Shown here: piece after piece, positions 7,900 to 15,700 of the stretch | How positions within the stretch are numbered: the first letter of the stretch is position 1 | Layout: each line of letters starts with the position of its first letter | IMG/VR virus record: IMGVR_UViG_3300025112_000081 | DNA from: a virus | DNA: 33,876 bases | Reading direction: 5' to 3' (one strand) | Made by a program: the position numbers and the translations under genes | The notes under the pieces: generated by a model | What the model saw: only the letters and a program-made list of their open reading frames with translations | The model's database searches: none | Told to the model about the DNA's origin: nothing

Positions 7900-7939
7900 A
7901 TGGCCATTAATGGGGCAGATTGGTCCCATTTAAGGCCAT
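7900..7939. repeat. Imperfect 40-nt palindrome ATGGCC-ATT-AATGGG-(10 nt)-CCCATT-TAA-GGCCAT
   Basis: Two 6-bp stems separated by a 3x3 internal loop, read by eye. Confidence 0.5.
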
Positions 7940-8312
7940 GATCCACCGCCGGTTTCTCTCTGTTAGTGCTAGTTTCTTACCCCGTAAAATTTACCCATTT
8001 CATAACCAAAGGGTTAGTCATATTCTGCCCCCCCTTTAATGTTAAGCTGTCAAGTCAAAAGCCCACCCCCCTTTTGACTCGCTTGATATTATTAGGCTTT
8101 TCTCATGTGTACAAAAGTAGTCAAATTATTGACACCGAAAAGTTTACTTTAGTTCCCCAGCAATTTAAATTGAATCTGTGGACATAGGAGAGCGAAAAAT
8201 TAATCGAAAATAAGTTAGAGGACCGCCGCTACCATTTGCGCACCCGCGCTCTCCCTTTGTCCACCCAAAGCGGTGGCGGTGGTTCTCTCTTTTCACTCGG
8301 GAGGGTAATGCG

Positions 8313-10067
8313 ATGGGCCATGCGACGGGGCCAAGGTCGGGGAATTCAGAAAGAAAAATAAGAAACAACCTTCGGGGGCTCAACCACATCCCTGAAGATG
8401 ATTGGGTTGAACACGAGCTACTCGACGACCCAGGATTCAATTGTCCCCCGCAATGGGGGCAGCTTGAGAAGGAAACCGGGCCAGCTCACCCAGTCCCAGC
8501 GCTTGGGGATTGGAGCAAAGATGGTGCTCTTCTTATTCAACTCAAAGCATTCTTCTCCGAATATATCAACGAGACCGATAATAGCGGCAATCCTTGCCGG
8601 ATGGTCAAACACAACGATGAGGTTGACTTGTGGGGGGTTATCAAAGCCGGGTGGAAAAGACAGAACGGGGCTGAGCCAGTCATCACCGAGGGGCAGATGT
8701 GGCTCTACCAGAGGAATATTGGAATCTGGGCAAAAGCAGACACACCGGAGAGGCTTTATTTGTTCAGGCTCCTGCATGGCTTAAGCGCTGGCGATGGCTA
8801 CCAAGATTTTGATGGCAAAACGATTATGATGAACAAGAGAAATCTCTTGGCCCTCGATTTCATGGCGATGCATGACCACGCAATTATCCATAAGAAAAGC
8901 CCTTTTGCTGATGAAGTCCCTGGAGTTGTGCTTCTTACAAATTTACAGCCTGAGAGAAACCCGGCTTATTCAGTCAAGCAAACCCTTATTCACATGCCCG
9001 ACAAGGATGGCCACGTCCATTACATGGCTCCCGGTTTTGAAGAATTCAAACGCCACACGTATAACGAGCCGACGCCACGCCCCAAGCTCTCGGAAGTTGT
9101 TAATCTTAGATCTGAAAAAAACAACCCGGCGGCCTGGCACCATTACATGAAATCACTCTTTGCGGGGGATGAAGATGCAAAGGCAAAGGTGCAAACGATT
9201 GAAGAGCACTTGGGTGCCTCCCTATGCGGGCTTGCTACTAAATTTCAGCGCGTGGTGGTTCTAGAAGGCTCAGGGGCCAACGGGAAATCGCTCTTCATGG
9301 AAATAGCCCGCCGCCTATTTAATGCTGAAGATGTGACCGTGACGAGTCCCGACACTTGGGGCCGTTTTGGAACAGTTGACCTTATGGGGAAGAAAATCAA
9401 TCTAGTCACTGAGCTAGATGAGGGTTCAGTCTTTAAAAGTGATACCTTCAAAAGTGCAGTTACTGGGGATTTAATACGCGGGGAGTACAAGGGAGGGGCA
9501 AGTTTCTCGTTCAGGCCGGTGGCCGGGCATATTCTATCATGCAACTCTTTACCACCAGCAGCGGACCAGTCCCCCGGATTTTATCGGAGATTCATCTTGG
9601 TAAAGTTTGGGCGGCGATGGAGCCACTCAGACCCCGGATATCGAGAAGCGGACCAAATCCTAGATTCTATTATGGAAGTAAGGCACGAGATAGTTCAGCG
9701 CCTTGTTTGGTCTTGTGCTGAGTTGATGAAGCGGGGGCAATATCCGAACCTTTCAAGTCACAATTCAGCAATGAAAGACTGGGCTCAGAATTCTGATTCA
9801 GTGACTGACTTTGCGAATTCATGCCTTAAGAAAGATGATGAAGGAGACTTTATTAAGGGAATCGAAAAGCAACCAGACTTACATGGGGCCTTTCTGGTGT
9901 TTACCAAGAACACCGGGAGGAAGGGCATGGGGAATCGAAATTTCTACAGAAGGCTTGCAGCGATTGAAGGGGTAGACAAAAGAGAAAAGCACTACAACGG
10001 GAGTGCCTGTTTTAATGTCAAGCTAAACTATCAGGCGGACTGGTTAGAGGGCTCAAAGGATATATAA
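8313..10067 (+). CDS. DNA primase/helicase, D5 / P4-family SF3 NTPase
   Basis: Walker A VVVLEGSGANGKSLFMEI preceded by a D5_N-like segment (WHHYMKSLFAGDEDAKAKVQTIEEHLGASL). GGGAGGG lies 7 nt upstream of the ATG. The N-terminal ~270 aa are unassigned. Confidence 0.75.
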   Translation: MGHATGPRSGNSERKIRNNLRGLNHIPEDDWVEHELLDDPGFNCPPQWGQLEKETGPAHPVPALGDWSKDGALLIQLKAFFSEYINETDNSGNPCRMVKHNDEVDLWGVIKAGWKRQNGAEPVITEGQMWLYQRNIGIWAKADTPERLYLFRLLHGLSAGDGYQDFDGKTIMMNKRNLLALDFMAMHDHAIIHKKSPFADEVPGVVLLTNLQPERNPAYSVKQTLIHMPDKDGHVHYMAPGFEEFKRHTYNEPTPRPKLSEVVNLRSEKNNPAAWHHYMKSLFAGDEDAKAKVQTIEEHLGASLCGLATKFQRVVVLEGSGANGKSLFMEIARRLFNAEDVTVTSPDTWGRFGTVDLMGKKINLVTELDEGSVFKSDTFKSAVTGDLIRGEYKGGASFSFRPVAGHILSCNSLPPAADQSPGFYRRFILVKFGRRWSHSDPGYREADQILDSIMEVRHEIVQRLVWSCAELMKRGQYPNLSSHNSAMKDWAQNSDSVTDFANSCLKKDDEGDFIKGIEKQPDLHGAFLVFTKNTGRKGMGNRNFYRRLAAIEGVDKREKHYNGSACFNVKLNYQADWLEGSKDI

Positions 10068-10075
10068 CCAAGGGA

Positions 10076-10112
10076 GGCAGCGGGGCCGTGATTAGCAGCC
10101 CCGCTGCCGTTT
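10076..10112 (+). terminator. Hairpin, probable terminator after the primase-helicase gene
   Basis: GGCAGCGGGGC (10076..10086), 11-nt loop, GCCCCGCTGCC (10098..10108), then GTTT; the U tract is short. Confidence 0.45.
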
Positions 10113-10117
10113 CAGCA

Positions 10118-10133
10118 ACTCAACCAAAAGAAG
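10118..10133 (+). promoter_or_regulatory. Start-associated leader motif ACTCAACC-AAAAGAAG
   Basis: Ends immediately before GTG 10134. Confidence 0.5.
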
Positions 10134-10724
10134 GTGAAACAGGCATTAGCCGGAGGCACAATGACTAAGAAAAGACAGAGCATAGAATTTGATCGCGGTC
10201 AAGAAACCGAACAAATAGCACGATTCAGAAACGCATTGAGATTTGCAGGGCACGCACTCAACTGCGATGAAGGCTCCTATTGTCGGTGCGGTTTCGGGGA
10301 GTTAGAGAAGGCGCTAGCTCGAGCACAACGAGAAAACAAACCACCGACCGAGGATGCTTTTTATTTGTTTCGAGAATGCGCCGCAGAGATAACAGGGCAC
10401 AGAGGGGAATCATGTGCTGACAGGCGGTGTAAGTGCGGCGCAAAAAAAGCACTGAGAAAGCTAAACATCAAGAGCCCTGACGCAGACCAATTCGTTTCGT
10501 ACTGGTGCTCTCGGTGTTCAAGGGAGCACCATCAAGAGGACCTTGAATCATTCTGGAAAGAAAAAGACGCTTTAAACGTCCCTTTGGATTCAACCATTGA
10601 AGCGCTAAAAGAATCAAATAGAGAAAAGTGTAGGATGGGCAACTGCCCCACTAAAAACTGTGCTGGGCCTGTTAGACGGTCAATTTTATCATTAAAAAGA
10701 ATGATTCCGGATGTCCCATTTTAG
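10134..10724 (+). CDS. Cys-rich hypothetical protein (196 aa)
   Basis: GTG start supported by the leader motif. Internal duplication C-x4/5-C-x-C-G (CDEGSYCRCGFGELEKAL / CADRRCKCGAKKALRKL), plus CSRC and CPTKNC. Confidence 0.55.
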   Translation: MKQALAGGTMTKKRQSIEFDRGQETEQIARFRNALRFAGHALNCDEGSYCRCGFGELEKALARAQRENKPPTEDAFYLFRECAAEITGHRGESCADRRCKCGAKKALRKLNIKSPDADQFVSYWCSRCSREHHQEDLESFWKEKDALNVPLDSTIEALKESNREKCRMGNCPTKNCAGPVRRSILSLKRMIPDVPF

Positions 10725-10756
10725 GAATATTGTCAGGGATGAATAATAATAAACAA

Positions 10757-10770
10757 ACTCAACCAAAGGA
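10757..10770 (+). promoter_or_regulatory. Start-associated leader motif ACTCAACCAAAGGA
   Basis: 8 nt upstream of ATG 10779. Confidence 0.55.
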
Positions 10771-10778
10771 TTAAAACC

Positions 10779-11933
10779 ATGAAATCATTATTTATCAGGT
10801 GCTCTTCTCTCAAAGGGGTTCTTAGCTGCCCCTCTTACGGGCTAACGGATAAACCCTGGAACCCCGAAAGCGTATATAGCCAACAAGGTTCGGCCGGACA
10901 CCTGGGGGCTCAGTATTACATTGATCCTCTTCTCGGCATGGCGGGAGAGGTCCCTGATTTCCCAGAGGTCCAACTCAAGTACCCGCTAATTGATATTAAG
11001 GACCTCGAAATCTGCTTCTGGCTTTTTAAACGAATGTGGGACGAACACCTTGCGCCATTTATGGGGGAAAACATTAGTTGTGAGGTTAAGATGAAGGCTC
11101 GTCTTGGTGTTGTTGAAATAGACGGAGAAGAGACTGAGGTTTTTCTAACTGGCCACGCTGACATTATAGCCCAAACGGCCATGGATTTAATCGTCTATGA
11201 TTGGAAGTTTGGAAGAGCCCTTGGCGCTTCTCACTTTTCACAAACTGCAGGTTATGCAGCTCTAGCGGTGACTGTGTACGGGTGGCCAGAGTCCGGAGTG
11301 GTAACCGCTGGTGAGGCCTACCCCCGCTTTGGGAAATGGAAAGACCACACTCAGAAAATCGATAAGGTTTATCTGGGACAGTTCAAAGAAACGGTTCTTG
11401 AGACTTTAAAGCATAGGGGCAAAGTAAGAAACCCATCACCCGACGGTTGCAAGTTTTGCTCAGCCCGGCTTGACTGCCCAGAATACCCGCGAATGTTTCA
11501 GGATAGTTTTATCGCTGTGAAGGGGATGGTAGACGGAGATTCTAGCGTTGTTGACCCTGAAGAACTGGCTCATCTTCATTCAGCGTTTAAAACCCTCGAA
11601 TATGCTTGCAGCTCTTTCAAAAAGCTATTTGCAACAACCCTCGAAACAGCCAACGCTGTAGGGAAAGACAACGCAATAGAAGGTTTTTATCTTCAAGAGA
11701 AAACTAGGCGAAGTGTAGAGCCCCAAGCGGCATGGCCTCACCTTGCTAAAGTTCTTAATCAGGATGAAATTGCATCAGTTCTTTCTATGCCGCTAGCCAA
11801 GGTGAAAAGCGCGGTTATGAGCAAGACACCAGAAGGAATGAAGAAAAAAGAATTTTGGGCAGAGTTTGAGAAAGCCCTCTATGAATCAACCGCTATCATC
11901 GAAAGCTCTTCTTTGACCGTAGCAAAAAAATAA
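10779..11933 (+). CDS. Cas4-like / RecB-family PD-(D/E)XK exonuclease with Fe-S cluster cysteines
   Basis: GHADII...LIVYDWKFG (D...D-x-K), SQTAGY (QxxxY), an N-terminal Cys (RCSSLKGVLSC) plus C-terminal CKFCSARLDC (C-x2-C-x5-C); adjacent to recT. Confidence 0.75.
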   Translation: MKSLFIRCSSLKGVLSCPSYGLTDKPWNPESVYSQQGSAGHLGAQYYIDPLLGMAGEVPDFPEVQLKYPLIDIKDLEICFWLFKRMWDEHLAPFMGENISCEVKMKARLGVVEIDGEETEVFLTGHADIIAQTAMDLIVYDWKFGRALGASHFSQTAGYAALAVTVYGWPESGVVTAGEAYPRFGKWKDHTQKIDKVYLGQFKETVLETLKHRGKVRNPSPDGCKFCSARLDCPEYPRMFQDSFIAVKGMVDGDSSVVDPEELAHLHSAFKTLEYACSSFKKLFATTLETANAVGKDNAIEGFYLQEKTRRSVEPQAAWPHLAKVLNQDEIASVLSMPLAKVKSAVMSKTPEGMKKKEFWAEFEKALYESTAIIESSSLTVAKK

Positions 11934-11978
11934 GAAAACTTTACACGCTCTGGGGTTGTATATACTTTGGAGTCACTA

Positions 11979-11992
11979 ACTCAACCAAAGGA
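11979..11992 (+). promoter_or_regulatory. Start-associated leader motif ACTCAACCAAAGGA
   Basis: 6 nt upstream of ATG 11999; TTGTATATAC element 14 nt further upstream. Confidence 0.55.
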
Positions 11993-11998
11993 TTTGAA

Positions 11999-12364
11999 AT
12001 GATTAAAACCACAGAAGACATTCTAGGTGGCGGTATCGCCACAAAAACAACTATCAGCACAGGGTATTTCACCCCAGGCGGTGGAAGGTACCACCTCATC
12101 TGGGGGCACGTTCCAGACATTAACGACCCGGACGGGCCTCTTAAGTTCATCGGTACATGGATGAACAGAGGCGGCGGCGGTGTCACAGTTATGCACCAAA
12201 TTGGGACATTCTGTCATTGGACTTACGTTGATGAAAAAATGGGCATTGGAGAAGAGAACGCAAAGGCAATCGCCCACTTTATCAACTCAGTAAACTTTTT
12301 TGACTACAAGCCAGAGAACTACCTGGCCGATTTGCCACGAGGCGTCAAAGGGGCTCTGTCATGA
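11999..12364 (+). CDS. Hypothetical protein (121 aa)
   Basis: ORF with leader motif; Gly-rich; no recognisable domain. Confidence 0.55.
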   Translation: MIKTTEDILGGGIATKTTISTGYFTPGGGRYHLIWGHVPDINDPDGPLKFIGTWMNRGGGGVTVMHQIGTFCHWTYVDEKMGIGEENAKAIAHFINSVNFFDYKPENYLADLPRGVKGALS

Positions 12365-12525
12365 GATTAAAAACGGGGGATAGCGTTACAATTGACCACC
12401 AGGTTTTTGGCGCAAAGGTGATAGCTCAAAGCAAAGACGGAAAAAGAATCAAGGTAAAATACCACTGCCCTCGAGAGGGGCAGATTGTTAAATGTGTACA
12501 ACTCAACCAAATTACAAAGGATTAA
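12361..12525 (+). CDS. Small hypothetical protein (54 aa), not in the ORF track
   Basis: ATGA overlap with the upstream gene. MRLKTGDSVTIDHQVFGAKVIAQSKDGKRIKVKYHCPREGQIVKCVQLNQITKD fills the gap to recT. Its 3' end carries the recT leader motif. Confidence 0.45.
   Translation: MRLKTGDSVTIDHQVFGAKVIAQSKDGKRIKVKYHCPREGQIVKCVQLNQITKD
12501..12521 (+). promoter_or_regulatory. Start-associated leader motif, split variant ACTCAACC-AAATTAC-AAAGGA
   Basis: 7 nt upstream of ATG 12529. Confidence 0.5.
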
Positions 12526-12528
12526 AAA

Positions 12529-13431
12529 ATGGGTAATTTATCAGAAGCTCAGATGGCGATAGTAACGCTAATGGATAGAAAGTTTGAGGTGCTAAAAAAA
12601 GCACTTCCGGCGAACGTCAACCCGACACGATTTAAACAAGCCGCAATCATGGCCGCAACGGAAAACCCTAAAATCGTTTTAGAATGCACGCCCGTCTCAG
12701 TATTCACAGCCATCTTGCAAGCGGCCCAGCTTGGTTACAATCTCGGCTCTGCTTATAACGAGGCATATTTAATCCCATATAGGGACAAGCGCCGAGGCGT
12801 TACAGAGTGCAAACTAACTCCCGGCTATGTTGGAATGAGGCGAGCCCTAATTCGTTCCGGAGCTGCTGATGTAGTTCACGCGTCTATCGTGCATCAAAAC
12901 GACATTTGCACAATCTCTCACCACCCACCAAGCGTTAAACATGAGATTGACTTAAAAGGGGATAGGGGGGAATGGCTGGGGGTTCTTGCCTGTGCTTATC
13001 GCCTTAATGACGGGGTTCACCAGCTCATTGACTTTGAGTATTTGAGCGAAGAAAGAATCCTCGCAGCTAAGGCCCAGGCGAGGGATAAATCGCTATGGAA
13101 CAAGCACCCCGAACAATTCTGGAAAAAGACCGGAGTGCGGGCATTGGTTAAACTCTTTCCCCTGGTCAACGATGAACTCGTCACAATGGTTTCGTGGGAC
13201 AATGAGAGCAACATCCCTTTGGAAGAGCAAGCCCCCACAATCCACCAGGACACCGCTACAGCGGTCGCGGCTGTAAAGGAGCTACCACAAGCGGAAGTTC
13301 TACCACCGCCACCAGAGAGCCCACAGGCAGCTGAGGCGAAGAAAAAGACCAAGCCGCGCAAAAAGCGCACAACTAAGAAACAAAAAGAAGACAACGGGCT
13401 TAATGTGCCTGTGCCTTTCGGGTTTGCGTGA
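12529..13431 (+). CDS. recT: RecT-family single-strand annealing recombinase
   Basis: SVFTAILQAAQLGYNLGSAYNEAYLIPYRDKRRGVTECKLTPGYVGM matches the RecT core pattern; basic K/R tail; next to the exonuclease. Confidence 0.8.
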   Translation: MGNLSEAQMAIVTLMDRKFEVLKKALPANVNPTRFKQAAIMAATENPKIVLECTPVSVFTAILQAAQLGYNLGSAYNEAYLIPYRDKRRGVTECKLTPGYVGMRRALIRSGAADVVHASIVHQNDICTISHHPPSVKHEIDLKGDRGEWLGVLACAYRLNDGVHQLIDFEYLSEERILAAKAQARDKSLWNKHPEQFWKKTGVRALVKLFPLVNDELVTMVSWDNESNIPLEEQAPTIHQDTATAVAAVKELPQAEVLPPPPESPQAAEAKKKTKPRKKRTTKKQKEDNGLNVPVPFGFA

Positions 13432-13661
13432 TGAGAAGCAAAGAACAAGACTCTAACTCGAGACTAGCTAAAGCCATCAAGACCTATCTCCGGTGGGTTA
13501 ATAGGACGGTAGCTCTTGAATACCTTGGGGGAGAATATCACCCGCTCGGTGAGGGGGAAAGGGTGTTTAGAGTGGACACAATGAGAGACCTGGCAAGCAG
13601 TATAGGAAAAGAGGCTCGAAATGTTGCGGAAGAAAACCACATAGAGGGGGGAGCAAAATGA
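13431..13661 (+). CDS. Hypothetical protein (76 aa)
   Basis: TGATG junction with recT (GTG 13428 is an alternative start). Confidence 0.5.
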   Translation: MRSKEQDSNSRLAKAIKTYLRWVNRTVALEYLGGEYHPLGEGERVFRVDTMRDLASSIGKEARNVAEENHIEGGAK

Positions 13662-13855
13662 AGACAGAGAAAGAAATTCTAAAAGAAGGAAACGCGGATT
13701 CTTGGAACCGTGACGTTTTGCAATTCTTGCTTGCAGAAACAGAAGAGCGCCAGGCAAGAGAACGGGCAGAGGAAACAGCAACTAGGAAGTTTTACCGGTG
13801 GGTGCTTTCTACGCTCTTACTCACTGGATTAGTTTGGGTGGGGTTGGTGCTATGA
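13658..13855 (+). CDS. Small membrane protein (65 aa, C-terminal TM)
   Basis: ATGA overlaps at both ends; hydrophobic FYRWVLSTLLLTGLVWVGLVL. Confidence 0.5.
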   Translation: MKTEKEILKEGNADSWNRDVLQFLLAETEERQARERAEETATRKFYRWVLSTLLLTGLVWVGLVL

Positions 13856-14010
13856 AAAACCAATATTTAAGAAGAAAGCAAAAGCAATCTTTCAGAATAC
13901 CTTTTGAGCGATTCGGTCCAACTGAATGGATTGGTTTGGCTCTTGCTTCTTCGCTCTTGTTGTCTTGTTCTACGATATTTCTTTTTGAAGTTTTGGGGGG
14001 GTTATCATGA
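13852..14010 (+). CDS. Small membrane protein (52 aa)
   Basis: Track ORF 13798..14010 trimmed to the ATGA-coupled ATG 13852; TM WIGLALASSLLLSCSTIFLFEVL. Confidence 0.45.
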   Translation: MKNQYLRRKQKQSFRIPFERFGPTEWIGLALASSLLLSCSTIFLFEVLGGLS

Positions 14011-14279
14011 AAAATTTACCAGAGAGAGGCGGCTCTTTATCTTATGGCCTATTTGACGAGAGGCCCCCAATCGGTCGGTGGCTTATGATGGGTATAGTCT
14101 TCGGCGCGGTCGGCTTAGTCTGTTACGGTGGATACCATCACGGAGTAAAGCTTGAGCAGGCAGCATTGGGGAGCCCAAAGCCAGAGGCTCGTGCCACTAA
14201 GAAGCAGGAGAAGAAAGCCAGCCAGATAACAGAAGGCAATCGTGAATGGCTCACAAGCATAGCAAAAGGGGGTGAGTGA
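14007..14279 (+). CDS. Membrane protein (90 aa, one TM)
   Basis: ATGA coupling; TM WLMMGIVFGAVGLVCYGGY. Confidence 0.5.
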   Translation: MKNLPERGGSLSYGLFDERPPIGRWLMMGIVFGAVGLVCYGGYHHGVKLEQAALGSPKPEARATKKQEKKASQITEGNREWLTSIAKGGE

Positions 14280-14548
14280 TGGGATTCTGGGGAAAGAAGA
14301 AAACAAGAAAGAATTTAGTCAAGCATGACATTCAACAAACTCATGATGTTCTTGATTACATCAACCACACAGCATTAAAAACGGCTGGGATGGGTGCAGA
14401 GTACAAGAAGCGGTTAATAATGGAGGGGGATGAGAATGACAAAGTAAGCATGGACATTTGCGACGCTGTGACTATTCAACTCAAAGGGGCGTATGAGACT
14501 ATGTTCGAGCTGGTAAAAGAAAAGCAAAGCCAGCCGGAGATAAAATAA
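14279..14548 (+). CDS. Hypothetical protein (89 aa)
   Basis: TGATG junction (GTG 14276 is an alternative start). Confidence 0.5.
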   Translation: MGFWGKKKTRKNLVKHDIQQTHDVLDYINHTALKTAGMGAEYKKRLIMEGDENDKVSMDICDAVTIQLKGAYETMFELVKEKQSQPEIK

Positions 14549-14563
14549 CAAAAGGGAGGGGAT

Positions 14564-14737
14564 ATGAATTTATTGCTAGAGAGTTTTCATTCACTGAGTC
14601 CAGGAGGGATTGCAATTTTAATTAGCTCTTCTGTGATTTTTGCTTCAGTTAGTATCAGGGCTTCCGGGATGTGGAGGGCAAATAGGCGGCTAAAAAAAGC
14701 CATCAACGCGATAAACATCGGGTTGCCTTATGGATGA
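14564..14737 (+). CDS. Small membrane protein (57 aa), not in the ORF track
   Basis: GGGAGGGG lies 4 nt upstream of the ATG; MNLLLESFHSLSPGGIAILISSSVIFASVSIRASGMWRANRRLKKAINAINIGLPYG; overlaps the next gene by 8 nt. Confidence 0.5.
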   Translation: MNLLLESFHSLSPGGIAILISSSVIFASVSIRASGMWRANRRLKKAINAINIGLPYG

Positions 14738-15185
14738 GCAGACCCCCGAAGAGAAGCGGAAGGAGAGCACCAAGCGTGCGATCCTCCGCTTCTATAAAGG
14801 GCAAGAGCCCAAGAAAAGAAACAAGCGCCTAGACGTTCCTTATGAATGGCAAGAGGCACGGGACTTCGTTCAATGGATGCGGTCCATGAACATCCTGCAT
14901 ACGCATATTCCGAACGAGGGTAAGCGCAGCGGTCAACGCGGTAAAGCAATGGTTGAGGGCGGCTTAAGCAAAGGGTTTCCGGATTTCATTATCCTTGGCC
15001 CCCGCCCCCCGTGTGGCGCTCCAGGGATAGCCATCGAATTGAAGCGGACGAAATACTATTCTCACCCACGTGAGCAAAAAGCTTGGCTTGCAAAGCTGCG
15101 CCAATACGGCTGGAAAGCTGATTTTGCCCACGGAGCTGATGAAGCCATCGAGCTGGTGTCGAAATGGCTTAATCTACCAAAATAG
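14730..15185 (+). CDS. VRR-NUC domain nuclease
   Basis: HIPNEGKRSGQRGKAMVEGGLSKGFPDFIILG...IAIELKRTKYYSHPREQKAWLAKLRQYGW fits the VRR-NUC pattern (G.PD...iE.K....s..Q..w...l...G). Confidence 0.75.
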   Translation: MDEQTPEEKRKESTKRAILRFYKGQEPKKRNKRLDVPYEWQEARDFVQWMRSMNILHTHIPNEGKRSGQRGKAMVEGGLSKGFPDFIILGPRPPCGAPGIAIELKRTKYYSHPREQKAWLAKLRQYGWKADFAHGADEAIELVSKWLNLPK

Positions 15186-15253
15186 ATCGAGCAAAGTACA
15201 TTTATTTTTTCTTATGATTTCAAGGGCTTAGATGCAAGACGTGAGTCCCCCCT

Positions 15254-15295
15254 GCTTTATTGTATATACATCTACTGAGCTTTATTGTATATACA
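15254..15295. repeat. Two perfect 17-nt direct repeats GCTTTATTGTATATACA, each containing the palindrome GTATATAC
   Basis: Copies at 15254..15270 and 15279..15295, 25 nt centre to centre. The 10-mer TTGTATATAC also occurs at 11956..11965. Confidence 0.85.
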
Positions 15296-15324
15296 AGGGG
15301 TGCCCCGCGATGGGGCGCACGAAA

Positions 15325-15338
15325 ACTCAACTAAAGGA
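15325..15338 (+). promoter_or_regulatory. Start-associated leader motif ACTCAACTAAAGGA
   Basis: 7 nt upstream of ATG 15346. Confidence 0.5.
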
Positions 15339-15345
15339 TTTTAAA

Positions 15346-15681
15346 ATGACATTTTCAGCAACAATTATAAAAGCAGTCAGCACTCTTGGAGGTGATCTCC
15401 AGACCGTCTTAGAAAGCATGGTTTCGTCGGCCGATATTAACGCTATTGACACAAACGGCGACTATGAGGAAATCTTCACGGGTACATGGAACGGAATCGA
15501 CACGGCCGATCATGTCGAAGATATCGACGAAGACAAGCGGGAGGCCATGGCGGATCTAGCCCGTGCTTGGATGGACGCTTGGCCAGATGCATCTAAGCTT
15601 TCAGAAATCGAATCGGTAGCCGCCAAGCTCGCAGCGCAGGCGGCTGAGATTGAATTATTAAAAGCGCAATTAAACAATTAA
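15346..15681 (+). CDS. Acidic hypothetical protein (111 aa)
   Basis: Track ORF 15232..15681 trimmed to ATG 15346, because the upstream part overlaps the repeats and the leader motif. By my count, about 22 D/E versus 7 K/R. Confidence 0.55.
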   Translation: MTFSATIIKAVSTLGGDLQTVLESMVSSADINAIDTNGDYEEIFTGTWNGIDTADHVEDIDEDKREAMADLARAWMDAWPDASKLSEIESVAAKLAAQAAEIELLKAQLNN

Positions 15682-15682
15682 A

Positions 15683-15700
15683 AATCAACCAAAATTAGGA
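15683..15700 (+). promoter_or_regulatory. Start-associated leader motif variant AATCAACC-AAAATT-AGGA
   Basis: 9 nt upstream of ATG 15710. Confidence 0.4.

Noticed and set aside
7966-8440. ORFs 7966..8187 (+) and 8165..8440 (-) in the non-coding region
   Set aside because: No SD-like sequence, odd composition and non-ATG or unsupported starts. The minus ORF runs antisense into the primase-helicase start.
8398-8784. Alternative-frame ORFs (128 aa plus strand, 119 aa minus strand) inside the primase-helicase gene
   Set aside because: Fully embedded in a long ORF that has recognisable motifs downstream. No independent signals.
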